DNA of 64,000 nucleotides from Thermodesulfobacteriota bacterium (GCA_034189385.1 JAXHVD010000017.1:1-64000); one strand, 5' to 3'; counted from the stretch's first letter, positions 10,346-20,329 are shown. Translations and numbers: made by a program. Notes: a model not told the origin generated them from the sequence alone.

Positions 10346-11557
10346 TCAAAAACCAGTAAGGCTATTGGCCCAGGCCAAGGCATCCATGTGATGACCGGGC
10401 AGCTGTGCTTCGTCCAGACCTAAAGTGCCCGCTATCTCTGAAACCCCGTCCCAATCTCCTCTCTCGTAGCAGGCGACCAGTGCTAGGTAGTCTTTTAATT
10501 CCCCTGTGCCTTCCACTAGGGCGCCCTTAATCCTTTCAGACAGGGGCAGATGCCCCATGAGATGGGCCATTGAATCATCCAGGATGGCATCGATGAGTGA
10601 AAAGAGTCCGAGGGTGAAGAGTTCAGAAGGGTCTGCCCGGGAGGGGGTCGCCTTTGCTATTAGCTCACAGAATCTGGCCCTAGCAGTGGAGGCGCGAACC
10701 AGCTCCGCAGGCTTTTCTTTGCCCAGCATGGCCATGGCTATGAGGGAGAGAAACCGCCTGATGCCATTCTCTCCGAGCAAGGAAATGGCTTGTTTGATGG
10801 AAGAAATGTCGCTGACAATGCCGAAATAGGCTGAATTGATGTAACGTAGCAGCTTATAGGGGATGGCCACATCCCGCTTCATGATCTTTTCAACCTTTTC
10901 AAATCTAAAATCCCTCTTATTGACCTCCGCCATGATCTGAAGGAGATTCAGTTGGGTGCTTGAAATATCTTTTTCCTTGATTATCTCCGGTTTGCTAAAA
11001 AAGTAGCCCTGAAAATAGTCAAAGCCCATCTCAAGGGCCTTTTGAAATTCCTCATAGGTCTCTACCTTCTCAGCCAAATAATGGATGTTGCAGCCCGACA
11101 TCTTTTTCATATGGCCTGCCATTTGCTCAAAGGAGATGGCATTCAAGTCGAACTTGATAATATCTGCCAGACGGATCAGGGGTTTCAATTCTGACCTATA
11201 AAAAAAATCGTCGAGGGCAATGTGATAGCCTTGTCGGACAATCTCCTCAGAGATCGCGATGACCTCTTCTGTGGCTTCCACATCTTCTAAGATCTCCACA
11301 ACCAGCCTTTCATGAGGAAACATGAGCGGCACCTGCTTTATCAACAGATCCTTGGTAAAATTGATGAATGCCTTTTTCCTTCCTGCAATCTTCTCGATGC
11401 CGATCGTAATAAAGGTATTGACCAGGAGCTCGGACGTGGCAGTGTCTCCGTCTATGTCTGGGAAGTAGTTGGACATGCCGCCTCTGAAGAGAAGCTCATA
11501 TCCAAAAAGCCTTTTGTCCCTCCTAAAAATGGGCTGTCTTGCTACATATATATCCAT
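10346..11557 (-). CDS. EAL/HDOD domain protein (YuxH/PdeH-like)
   Basis: YVARQPIF, YELLFR, FINF, ALDDF, AEKVET, FQGYFFSKP followed by HDOD (GLFSLIDAIL); start at MDIYV. Confidence 0.9.
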   Translation of the reverse strand: MDIYVARQPIFRRDKRLFGYELLFRGGMSNYFPDIDGDTATSELLVNTFITIGIEKIAGRKKAFINFTKDLLIKQVPLMFPHERLVVEILEDVEATEEVIAISEEIVRQGYHIALDDFFYRSELKPLIRLADIIKFDLNAISFEQMAGHMKKMSGCNIHYLAEKVETYEEFQKALEMGFDYFQGYFFSKPEIIKEKDISSTQLNLLQIMAEVNKRDFRFEKVEKIMKRDVAIPYKLLRYINSAYFGIVSDISSIKQAISLLGENGIRRFLSLIAMAMLGKEKPAELVRASTARARFCELIAKATPSRADPSELFTLGLFSLIDAILDDSMAHLMGHLPLSERIKGALVEGTGELKDYLALVACYERGDWDGVSEIAGTLGLDEAQLPGHHMDALAWANSLTGF

Positions 11558-11974
11558 AAAGAGCCTTCTTGTTTCGGTTCCAGTGATGGATACTCTGTGT
11601 CTCTTAAAGGTCTCCCTTGATCCCACACCCCAGTGGAGCCCAAACAAGGCGATAGTCCCACCCAAGACTACTTTGAGCGGCCGTGGCAACGGGTTTTGCC
11701 AAAAAAATCTTCAAACAAACGGCAAAGATCTGGCGTTGAACTAAAAAGAAGTTGAGAATATACAGTATCATCTTCTTGCTGTTTGGAAACATACGAGGTT
11801 TTAATGAGAAACTCCCGATACTGTCAACTTTTTGGTGTAAATCCCTCTTGAGCGAGATTCACACAGAAGATTTTATACTACCAAAGTTCAAGGATAGTTC
11901 AAAAACCTGATAAAAGCAAACGAGAAGAGGTCTGGCAAAGGTCTCGAATTGCTCGTTTCAGTCTCCAGCCTGAA

Positions 11975-12628
11975 TCACGATTCCAAAGAGGTGATTCCTT
12001 TTCGGATGGCGTATTTCGTAAGCTCGGCAGTGGTGTGAATATCCAGCTTTCGCTTGATGTTTCGGCGATGGCACTCTACGGTCCTAATGCTCATGCCGAG
12101 GCAAGAAGCTATTTGCGTGGAGGTCTTCCCCTCGGCCACAAGCTGGAGGATATCCCGTTCCCTGCCTTTTGGGACAGGGGAAGACAACGGGTCTCCCCTT
12201 GACACCCGCCCTACATATTCCTCGACCAGAGTCTTTGATATGGCAGGGCTGATACAGGTCTCGCCAGCCACGACGGCGCGGACGGCGAGCGTCAACTCCT
12301 GGGCAGTACAATCTGTGGTCAGGTAGCCCGACGCGCCCGCCGTAAGCACCCCCCCTACGAACTTCCTATCCCTGTGCATGGACAAGATCAGGACCTTGAC
12401 AAGAGGACATAGGGTCTTAATGCGGCGGGTCGCGTCGATGCCGTCTCGGCTGTCTGTGGCGATATCCATGACCACGACGTCCGGGGTGAGTTCCTGGGCC
12501 AGTTTCACCGCGCTGTCCCCGTTAGCTACTTCAGCCACAATCTCCATCTGTTTTTCCTTCTCAAGCAAGGAACGGACAGCCTCGCGGAAAATCTTGTGGT
12601 CGTCTGACAGCAGAATCTTTATGCTCAT
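11975..12628 (-). CDS. NarL/FixJ-family response regulator (REC + LuxR HTH)
   Basis: SDDH, VVMDI, ILSMH, GKTSTQIA...SIRTVECHRRNIKRKL. Confidence 0.92.
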   Translation of the reverse strand: MSIKILLSDDHKIFREAVRSLLEKEKQMEIVAEVANGDSAVKLAQELTPDVVVMDIATDSRDGIDATRRIKTLCPLVKVLILSMHRDRKFVGGVLTAGASGYLTTDCTAQELTLAVRAVVAGETCISPAISKTLVEEYVGRVSRGDPLSSPVPKGRERDILQLVAEGKTSTQIASCLGMSIRTVECHRRNIKRKLDIHTTAELTKYAIRKGITSLES

Positions 12629-12648
12629 GTCCCTTCTACCTCCGCTGC

Positions 12649-13383
12649 TTATCCGTGGCCCGTGAGGGGTGCCGCTAGGGTGACGCGAGTGCCGTGGCCT
12701 GGCCTGGAGTCCACCTTAAGGCAGCCCCCCAATGGCTGAAATTGCTCTTTGATCCCAAAAAGGCCATAACCGTCGGTCTTGCCCGCAGCGGAGATTGTCT
12801 CTTTTGGATCAAATCCCCTACCGTCATCTTCCACCTCAATGCAAATCTGATCCCCATCTCTTGTCATCGATACAGTGGCACTGCCAGCCCGAGCATGCTG
12901 GACTGTGTTTTTCAACAACTCTCGCACTGCCCGATACAACAGGACACGAAGGTCATCCCTTAAAGGCTTTGGCTTGCCGTCATCGCTAACACGGATTGCT
13001 ATTCCGTGCCGCTCCTCGGTCTGTTGGGTGAGCGACTCCACAGCCGGCACAAATCCCAACTCATAGAGAACGGGAGAGGCAATCTCAGAAATCAGCTGGC
13101 GGGTCTCCTGGATCGTCTCATCAATCAGTGCGATGACGTCGCAAGTCTTCTTGGCAGCCTCGCCAGAGGATGTGGCGGATTTGACGATTCCCAGATTTAT
13201 CTTGGCAATAGCCAAGTTCTGGATGATATGGTCATGGACTTCCACGGCAATGCGGTGGCGTTCCCGCTCTTCGGCCAAGGCCAATAACGACGTCAGGGAA
13301 CGCAGTTTTTGATAGATCAGGCGATCGTCCTCAGCCCCAATTTGGTCGGCGGTTCTCTGTTGAAGTCGTCTATGTGGTCTCAT
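12649..13383 (-). CDS. HisKA_3 sensor histidine kinase, no obvious input domain
   Basis: EERERHRIAVEVHD H-box, ELLKNTVQHA, EDDGRGFD, GYGLFGI, PGHGT. Confidence 0.9.
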   Translation of the reverse strand: MRPHRRLQQRTADQIGAEDDRLIYQKLRSLTSLLALAEERERHRIAVEVHDHIIQNLAIAKINLGIVKSATSSGEAAKKTCDVIALIDETIQETRQLISEIASPVLYELGFVPAVESLTQQTEERHGIAIRVSDDGKPKPLRDDLRVLLYRAVRELLKNTVQHARAGSATVSMTRDGDQICIEVEDDGRGFDPKETISAAGKTDGYGLFGIKEQFQPLGGCLKVDSRPGHGTRVTLAAPLTGHG

Positions 13384-13570
13384 GCCTTTTCCCGCGCCTT
13401 TCTCTGTCTGCCCCCCCGTGCTGCTCGGGGCCAGTGCTGGGGGTTACCTGTGCTCGGTCAAGCCGTGCCGGCAAAAGCGACCTTCCTAACAGTCTCACTT
13501 TATTTCGTCCCAGAAAACCTGGTCCTTTGGGCCAGGTCAGAGTAAACTGGCTTTGCCAAATATCGTTAAT

Positions 13571-13698
13571 AGTGCCTAAAGTTTTAAGTGCACTAACGTG
13601 CGCTAAAGTTAAGGAATTCTGCCAATTATATAAAAGAATGGAGCGAAGCGACTTCCACAAGTTTAGGCACTTTAGCTCACTTCAGGCACTTTGAACTT
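13571..13698. repeat. Short palindromic repeat patch (agtgcctaaagt / tttaggcact units)
   Basis: agtgcctaaagtt...gctaaagtt on the left, inverted tttaggcactttagctcacttcaggcacttt on the right. Confidence 0.5.
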
Positions 13699-13709
13699 GT
13701 CCAGTATTC

Positions 13710-13732
13710 AGAAAACAGCCCCTTTCAGGGGC
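13710..13732 (-). terminator. Rho-independent terminator (minus strand)
   Basis: Minus strand gcccct-gaa-aggggc followed by tgttttct. Confidence 0.6.
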
Positions 13733-13939
13733 AAATCAACGCCTGGTCCTTCGGGCCAGGATTCTTTACGTCTGAGGACAGGCCTTTAGGTGGCCGCCCT
13801 GTCTGGTGAACTGATTGTCTGTCCAATCTGCTCTCCCGTTGTGGCAATTCTCAGGTAGATGGTCCTCCAGTGCCCATGCCCCACTGCTTCAGGTCCCCAC
13901 GTGGGAGCGATGAGGGGGCAGGGCATAAGGCACAAAGTA
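13710..13939 (-). ncRNA. Candidate sigma54-dependent small RNA (~230 nt)
   Basis: Lies between a consensus sigma54 promoter (13950-13965) and a terminator; the only sizeable ORF (46 aa, 13786-13926) lacks an RBS. Confidence 0.45.
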
Positions 13940-13949
13940 TATTTAAAAA

Positions 13950-13965
13950 CGCAACAGCTATGCCA
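13950..13965 (-). promoter_or_regulatory. sigma54 (-24/-12) promoter
   Basis: Minus strand TGGCAT-AGCTG-TTGCG. Confidence 0.8.
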
Positions 13966-14041
13966 AGAGAGGTCTCATAGAACAGATGTGTAACAGGCCG
14001 TAATGTATGCACAAAGGTTTTGGGGAGGGGGGCCGGGTAAT

Positions 14042-14070
14042 TTCTACTGTAACAAAATGTTACAGTAGAA
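14042..14070. promoter_or_regulatory. Perfect palindrome, candidate enhancer (UAS) or autoregulatory operator
   Basis: ttctactgtaaca-aaa-tgttacagtagaa, 13-bp arms, centred about 117 nt upstream of the predicted sigma54 start; related half-sites at 13989 and 14092. Confidence 0.7.
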
Positions 14071-14267
14071 GGCTTTTCGCGACTCTTTTGGTGTCACATT
14101 TTTACACACTTTCATGCCGGTCCTGGGTCGGAGTCAGGGATGACCGCTCCAGACTCCCTTCTTTGTCTGGAGTCCCGGTCGGGCAAGGATCATCCACGAA
14201 GGCCCACACAGGAAGGGGAAATACCCCTAGACAGGATCAGCTTTCTTTGGTATGAATACAAAGTATT

Positions 14268-15632
14268 ATGGGCTCTGCAAAGATCCTTCTGGTAGACGAT
14301 GATGAGGCCTTCCTAGAGCTTTTCGCTTTCATGGCGTCGGCCCCCCCCCTGGATATAGAGATCGTTCCTTGCCCATCTGCCCAAAAGGCCTTGGACCTCT
14401 TAAAGGAGGGGCCCATAGACCTGGTTGTTTCAGATGTGCAGATGCCCGGCATGACAGGGATCGAGCTTTTTCGCCAGGCCCAAGACCTCTACCCTGAGAT
14501 CCCTGTCATCCTGATGACCGCCTTCGGCTCCACGCAGGAGGCCATAGAAGCGGTCAAGGAAGGGGCCTTCCACTACTTTGAAAAGCCCATAAACGACAAG
14601 TTGGACCTCTTTTGGACGACCATTCGGGAGGCCTTGGCCAAGAGGGAGATGGCCAACCGACTGGCATCGCTTCAGAGAGAAAAGTCTCTTTGCGCGGAGA
14701 TGCCCTCGGACATCGTCGGTCAGTCTGAGGCCATCAAGGAGGTGGTCAGGTCGTTGACGGAAGTATCAAAGCTCCCGGTCACCGTCCTTATCCAGGGCGA
14801 AACAGGCACCGGCAAAGAGCTTGTGGCCAGGGCCATTCATCGGCTGAGCGAGAGGAAGGCGAAGCCCTTTTTTGCCGTGAGCTGCAACGAGTTTGCCGCA
14901 GGCATCTTGGAAAGTGAGTTGTTCGGTCACGAAAGGGGGGCCTTTACGGGCGCCATCGGTCGAAAGCGGGGTCTTTTTGAACTGGCCCACAAGGGAACCC
15001 TTTTTTTGGATGAGATTGGAGAGGCCCCCCCTTTTTTTCAGTCCAAGCTTTTGAGGGTGGTGGAAAGCAAGACCTTTCTGCGCGTCGGGGGAACCTTTCC
15101 CATCCACTCGGACTTTCGCTTGCTCACGGCTACCAACCGGGACCTGGAGAAAGAGGTGGCCCAAGGGGGCTTTCGCCAGGATCTTTTTCACCGGCTGAAT
15201 CTTTACACCATTCAAATGCCGCCCTTACGGAACAGAAAAGAAGACATCCCGCTCATTGCAGAATACTATCTAAAGAGATTTGCCCTGGCCTATCGCCGTC
15301 CCATCTCAAGTATCTCCACGAACGCCTTGCTCTATCTCAGGGATTACGATTGGCCGGGCAATGTCCGTGAGCTCATCAACGTGGTGGAACGGGCGGTGAT
15401 CACCTGCAAAGAAGAGATGATCACCACCAAAGACTTCCCCTTTGAGGCGGGCGAATACCGAGAGACTTCTGATCTGAACCTAAGGGATGTTGAAAAACTC
15501 TGTATCAGGATGGCCCTCACGCGGACGGGGAACAACAAGTCCCAGGCCGCTGAGCTTCTGGGCATCACCCGCAAAACCCTTATTGAGAAGGCAAGGAGCT
15601 TTGGATTAGATGAGACGGCAGATCATGGATAG
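14268..15632 (+). CDS. NtrC-family sigma54-dependent response regulator
   Basis: REC (LVDDD, SDVQMP, FEKP), GETGTGKE, GAFTGA, LFLDEI, WPGNVREL, Fis-type HTH. Confidence 0.95.
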   Translation: MGSAKILLVDDDEAFLELFAFMASAPPLDIEIVPCPSAQKALDLLKEGPIDLVVSDVQMPGMTGIELFRQAQDLYPEIPVILMTAFGSTQEAIEAVKEGAFHYFEKPINDKLDLFWTTIREALAKREMANRLASLQREKSLCAEMPSDIVGQSEAIKEVVRSLTEVSKLPVTVLIQGETGTGKELVARAIHRLSERKAKPFFAVSCNEFAAGILESELFGHERGAFTGAIGRKRGLFELAHKGTLFLDEIGEAPPFFQSKLLRVVESKTFLRVGGTFPIHSDFRLLTATNRDLEKEVAQGGFRQDLFHRLNLYTIQMPPLRNRKEDIPLIAEYYLKRFALAYRRPISSISTNALLYLRDYDWPGNVRELINVVERAVITCKEEMITTKDFPFEAGEYRETSDLNLRDVEKLCIRMALTRTGNNKSQAAELLGITRKTLIEKARSFGLDETADHG

Positions 15633-17457
15633 GGTGTGTATTTTTTGTGTGTGCCTGTTGGCCCTTTCTTCTTCTCCTGTTTGGGCCCTGGAAGGCGATG
15701 GGCCCAGCCAGGCCTACCGGCTGGAAGAGGTGGTGGTGACAGCCACCCGTGTGGAAACCCCTGAAGAAGAGGTGGCGGCAAATGTAACGGTCGTCACAAG
15801 CGATGACATCAAAAAGATGCCCGTTTCCAGTGTGGGCGAGGTGCTCCAATACGTGCCCGACACCTATGTGGAGTTTAATGGCGGCCTGGGGAGCCAGGCC
15901 ACGGCCACGATCCAGGGCTCGCAGCTCCACCAGGTGGCCGTCTATCAGGACGGCGTTCCCCTGAACCAGTTGGCCAATCCCCTCACTGACCTTTCCTATG
16001 TCCCTGTGGATATGATCGACCGGATCGAGGTCTATAAAGGGGCGGCTTCCTCTGCCTGGGGGTCTGCCTTGGGCGGCGTGATCAACATCATCACCAAAGA
16101 ACCGGATCCCAAGAAACCCTTTGAAGGCGACTTAAGAAGCTCCTACGGGGAGCATGCCACCTTCAAAAACCGGGCCACCGTCAGTGGCAGCGGGGGCCGT
16201 TTGGGCTGCCTCCTTTCTATGACCCATGAGCAGAGCGACGGTTTCATGACACATTCGGAGTATGACCAGTTGGCGCTCTATGGCAAGATCAACTATGAAC
16301 TGGGTGAGACAAGCCGCCTGAACCTGGTGTACAGCTACGACAGAGGGACCAATAGCGATCCCATGCCATATGAGCCTGACTTCTGGGATGACATCTACCG
16401 CAAACGGATCTATCAACGGCTCCTCTTTGAGACCACCCTTGCCGATGGTCTGGACCTGACCCTTGAGGGCCGGCATCATCGATTCGTGAGCATCATCGAG
16501 GATGTGTATAGCCACTACAGGGAGCTCTATCACGATTACGAGGATGAGCTCTTTGGCGCGAGCGCCCGCGTGAGTCACCACGTCCATGATTGGAACAGGT
16601 TCAATCTCGGATTTGATGGGGATTGGGGCACCTATGATTTTCTCACTCCATTCGTAGATTATGACGCCAGAGAGGAAAACTGGGCCCTCTATGCCAATGA
16701 CACCCTGAGCCTTGGGGATTTCTCTTTGAACGTGGGCGTCCGGTACGATGAGCATAGCGATTTTGGCTCTGAACTCAGCCCGTCCGCCGGGCTGGTTTAT
16801 CGTGTCTTGGGAGAAAAAGCCCTTATCCGAGGCCAGGTTTCCAAGGGCTTTTCAGCCCCTCCTGCCGTGTGGCGGGACATACCTGTCTATGGAAACGAGG
16901 ACCTCGAGCCCGAGGTGGCCATCAACTATCAAGGTGGGGTTGAGGCCAGCCCTTTTCCGTTCCTGAGGCTGGAGTTGAACGTCTTTCGGGCAAATGTGGA
17001 CGATCTCATCCGCTACGACTGGGATGCCGAGAAGTTTGAAAACATCGCAGAGGTGACGCGGGAAGGGATAGAAGGAAGCATCTCTTTAAGCTTTGATATG
17101 GGACTGACCCTCTCCTTTGGCGGCAGCTTCATTGATGTCGTGGACGACGAAACCGATGAAGTGATTAAAGACATCCCAAGACGGCTCTATACCTGCTCGG
17201 CCTCCTATGCCAATGATTGGATGAGCCACTCTGTGGTGGGAAGTTATGTGTATCACAATTCTTCCTACCCTGAGACAAAGGACAAGGTCTTTCTCTTTGA
17301 CTATCTCCTCAAGCTCAAGCTTCCCTCTTCCGATCGATTTGACGAGCTCACCCTCTTTGCGGCCGTGCACAACCTTGGCAACACGAACTACCTCTATCGT
17401 GCGGTCTGGCCCCAACCTGGCCGCTGGTTTGAGGGCGGGATAAGCGTTGCGTTCTAG
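15625..17457 (+). CDS. TonB-dependent outer membrane receptor
   Basis: Signal peptide, EEVVVTATR TonB box, RIEVYKGAASSAWG...GGVINIITK plug, C-terminal Phe; overlaps the regulator stop codon. Confidence 0.93.
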   Translation: MDRVCIFCVCLLALSSSPVWALEGDGPSQAYRLEEVVVTATRVETPEEEVAANVTVVTSDDIKKMPVSSVGEVLQYVPDTYVEFNGGLGSQATATIQGSQLHQVAVYQDGVPLNQLANPLTDLSYVPVDMIDRIEVYKGAASSAWGSALGGVINIITKEPDPKKPFEGDLRSSYGEHATFKNRATVSGSGGRLGCLLSMTHEQSDGFMTHSEYDQLALYGKINYELGETSRLNLVYSYDRGTNSDPMPYEPDFWDDIYRKRIYQRLLFETTLADGLDLTLEGRHHRFVSIIEDVYSHYRELYHDYEDELFGASARVSHHVHDWNRFNLGFDGDWGTYDFLTPFVDYDAREENWALYANDTLSLGDFSLNVGVRYDEHSDFGSELSPSAGLVYRVLGEKALIRGQVSKGFSAPPAVWRDIPVYGNEDLEPEVAINYQGGVEASPFPFLRLELNVFRANVDDLIRYDWDAEKFENIAEVTREGIEGSISLSFDMGLTLSFGGSFIDVVDDETDEVIKDIPRRLYTCSASYANDWMSHSVVGSYVYHNSSYPETKDKVFLFDYLLKLKLPSSDRFDELTLFAAVHNLGNTNYLYRAVWPQPGRWFEGGISVAF

Positions 17458-17489
17458 CATCCCTGTTCAGATAGCCTTTCCCAGTTGAA

Positions 17490-17655
17490 TCCCTCAGGAT
17501 CCATTGCCCGCGGCTTGCCGCGTGTCCGTCATTCCGGCCCACGCCGGAATCCAGAAAACCAGACTGGATGCCGGATCAAGTCCGGCATGACATATGATAC
17601 CCCGCTGCTTGCGGCGGGGTAGTTTATTCCCTCAGGATCCATTGCCCGCGGCTTG
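17490..17655. repeat. REP-like composite: palindromic elements between 28-bp direct repeats
   Basis: tccctcaggatccattgcccgcggcttg at 17490-17517 and 17628-17655; gtcattccggc...ccggcatgac (17528-17591) and ccccgctgcttgcggcgggg hairpin inside. Confidence 0.7.
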
Positions 17656-17724
17656 ACTTCGACGAAGAATGTGACTAAGGCTCGCTCGAATGCAATGAGA
17701 AAGTTGGTTTCTTCAATTTTCGCG

Positions 17725-18909
17725 TTAGTAATACTTCCTGGTCGTTATAACGCCTGCTGATACCATAAGCGCTGAGGCCGTAAAGAACAGGGATTGGGGA
17801 CTCCATATTCTCAGCACCATAGCGCTCCCGAATATGGAACCCAAATAGCAAAGTCCCCTGTAGGTGGATAACACAGAAATGGTCTTCCCTATGCACGCCT
17901 TTGGGCTATATTTCTGGATAAGGCTCTCCAAGAAGACATGCATGAATGTGAATCCGCAGCCAAGCAGAGACATGAGCAGGGCGATCTGGACCAAAGTCCT
18001 TAGTTGAGACAGGGTGGCTATGGCCCCCGCCAGGAGCAGAAAGTTGAAGGAAAGCAGGGTCCGACGTCGGACGGCTGACCCGTATCTGGGCAACAGAAAG
18101 GTAGACACACAGGCACCTGCCTGGAATGCGGACAGCAATAGTCCCCAATCAGCAATATCTTTTCCCAACTGAGTCTTGCAGAGGACAGGCACGCCAAGAT
18201 ACAACATGCCTCCACCTGCAAGGACAAATCCAAAGGTGGCGAAACATGCCTTGAGCTTGGGGTTGCCCCTGAAAGGCTCCATGAAATCAACAACCAACGG
18301 CCGAAGCCCGTGCCTGCGAAACGGGCCATAAACTGATCTTTCGGTCCCTGAGACAGTGTCGGGAAGTCTCCAAACAAGAAAAGCTGAAAGTGTGAACAGA
18401 AGCCCACCGAACCCCAAAGACATTGCCGGGCCGGTCTCCAAGACAATGCAACTGATAAGCAAAGGGCCCAATATGCGGCCGGCCAGAGATACCCTCTCGT
18501 TGACGGCGTTGAAGGGGATGAGTTCGTCTTTGGGTATGAGCACGGGTACAAGGGAAAGGCGCCCTATATAGAAAAACAAAGAACCGATAATGAGAAGAAG
18601 ATAGACAGTAAAGACAAGGTAGCGGGATGATACAAAGACAAGGGCGCCTACCAACAGGCACTTGCCACCGCTTACCAAGAATAGCCATGTCTTTGCCCCA
18701 ACGCGGTCAATCCATAGACCTGCCAGGGGGCTTAAACAGACGGAAGGGGCCTGTTCAATCAGACACATGGCCAGTAGATTTGACAGGCCTTTCTCTCCCT
18801 TGAAGAACAGCAGGTCCAGCAGGGTGAAACCTACAAACTGGTTTCCCAGATCTGACAGAAGGTCGGCCAATATGATTAATGCTTTGGTGGGAATGCCGGG
18901 TCTTTTCAT
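17725..18909 (-). CDS. MFS transporter (drug/peptide exporter-like)
   Basis: About 12 hydrophobic segments, AGLWIDRVG motif A; ATGA overlap with the radical SAM gene. Confidence 0.88.
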   Translation of the reverse strand: MKRPGIPTKALIILADLLSDLGNQFVGFTLLDLLFFKGEKGLSNLLAMCLIEQAPSVCLSPLAGLWIDRVGAKTWLFLVSGGKCLLVGALVFVSSRYLVFTVYLLLIIGSLFFYIGRLSLVPVLIPKDELIPFNAVNERVSLAGRILGPLLISCIVLETGPAMSLGFGGLLFTLSAFLVWRLPDTVSGTERSVYGPFRRHGLRPLVVDFMEPFRGNPKLKACFATFGFVLAGGGMLYLGVPVLCKTQLGKDIADWGLLLSAFQAGACVSTFLLPRYGSAVRRRTLLSFNFLLLAGAIATLSQLRTLVQIALLMSLLGCGFTFMHVFLESLIQKYSPKACIGKTISVLSTYRGLCYLGSIFGSAMVLRIWSPQSLFFTASALMVSAGVITTRKYY

Positions 18910-20222
18910 GCTGCATCTTTAAGGCCCGTGAACGAATGCTCAAGGCATGTGGCTTCGGCCTTCTCTCGGATGTATTCTTCCAGGAGAAGACGATAGGTGT
19001 CATAATGACAGTCGGCCCCGCCAAAATCATTCTGGTTGGTGAGGGCCTGAAGACGGCAGCCACCCATGCAGGTGGGGAGCAGTTCGCACTCTTTTAGGCA
19101 CCTATCTGGCAAGGCTCTCTTGAGAAGCTGGGACTCTGCAACGAAATCAATACCAGTGTTAACATGGCCGTAGGCCATCTCGGAACCTTGAAGGGATGGG
19201 CAGGGAATGATGGAACCGTCCGTGTCAAAGACGAATCGGGACCGAAAGTCGGCCATGCAGGTGTTGAGGGGGGCCTCACTATTTATGGGATAGCCCCGTT
19301 GGCCAGCCTCTCGGTTCAGGTAGAGAAATATGTTGGGATCGCCCATTCCTGAATTATAGAGATTCCTTCTTCTCCTCGGCAGGATTGGAGTGAAGGCGAT
19401 GTTATCAATGCCGATGTTTCTTTCAGCCATATCGTCAAGCATCTCTGGAACCCTCAAATAATCAAGGGCTCCACTGTCATACTGGCACTCCACGCTGATG
19501 GGGACCATGCCAGAAATAGCTTGCAGGTTTTCCATAATCAACTCGTAGGTCTTGCCGTTATGTTTCGAAGGCCTCAGGGCATCATGAACAGGGGCAGGCC
19601 CGGCCAGGCTGACGCGGATGCCGGTGAGCCCTACCTTCTTCATGTCCGAGATGACAGCTGGCCTCACGAGCGTGCCATTAGTCGTTATGACAAAGCCGTA
19701 GTCAATGCCCTTCCCCATGCAGTAAAAGAAACGTCTCGCAACGCTTTCCATGATGATCTTTGAATTAAGCAGCGGTTCACCACCCAGGTAGTCATCCTCC
19801 ACCTTTTGGGGGCCCTTTTCCTCCATGGTCTCAATATAGAACTGATCCATGGCTAAGGCTGTCCCGCTGGACATGTCTTTGGCTTCAGGGTCAAGGATGC
19901 AGTAGCGACATCGGTTGTTACACTTCCGCGTGACCAGAACCTTGGATTTTAGCGTACTGAAATGATGGACGTGTTGTTGTTTCCAGTTTTCAAACACCGT
20001 GGTTTCGTCCACACCGTCTTTCACCAGGAATCCCTGCTCATGAAGCAGATCGGTGGTAGCAGAATCGGCCGGTGCTATTGGATCGCTGAGTGCATAGGCC
20101 CAAGTCTTTTCCAGTATGAGAATAAAGGCTCCTGTCATGGTCTGGTAGAGGGCGACGATCTCCTGCCCTTTGTTCTCAACTGGAACAGCCACAGTGAATC
20201 TGGATTTTTTGAGAGAAAACAT
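18906..20222 (-). CDS. Radical SAM/SPASM-domain peptide maturase
   Basis: CNNRCRYC, LGGEPLL, TTNG, SPASM cysteines (CMAD...PCP...CLKECELLPTCMGGC...DC); AAGGAG before ATG 20222 (ORF track starts at 20279). Confidence 0.9.
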   Translation of the reverse strand: MFSLKKSRFTVAVPVENKGQEIVALYQTMTGAFILILEKTWAYALSDPIAPADSATTDLLHEQGFLVKDGVDETTVFENWKQQHVHHFSTLKSKVLVTRKCNNRCRYCILDPEAKDMSSGTALAMDQFYIETMEEKGPQKVEDDYLGGEPLLNSKIIMESVARRFFYCMGKGIDYGFVITTNGTLVRPAVISDMKKVGLTGIRVSLAGPAPVHDALRPSKHNGKTYELIMENLQAISGMVPISVECQYDSGALDYLRVPEMLDDMAERNIGIDNIAFTPILPRRRRNLYNSGMGDPNIFLYLNREAGQRGYPINSEAPLNTCMADFRSRFVFDTDGSIIPCPSLQGSEMAYGHVNTGIDFVAESQLLKRALPDRCLKECELLPTCMGGCRLQALTNQNDFGGADCHYDTYRLLLEEYIREKAEATCLEHSFTGLKDAA

Positions 20223-20304
20223 GATGTAGTCTCCTTTATTGAGATGTCTTAGGTAAGCGGAGCTGTCCTGCGCAGACAAGTCTCACCTCGTTTCAGGAAT
20301 TACA

Positions 20305-20329
20305 TCCCCCTCCCACGAGGGGAGGGGGA
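20305..20329. terminator. Strong stem-loop between precursor and maturase
   Basis: tccccctccc-acgag-gggaggggga 10-bp stem, no clear U-tract. Confidence 0.5.

Noticed and set aside
13710..13939. CsrB/RsmZ-type assignment for the candidate sRNA
   Set aside because: About six GGA motifs in 230 nt is not clearly above chance
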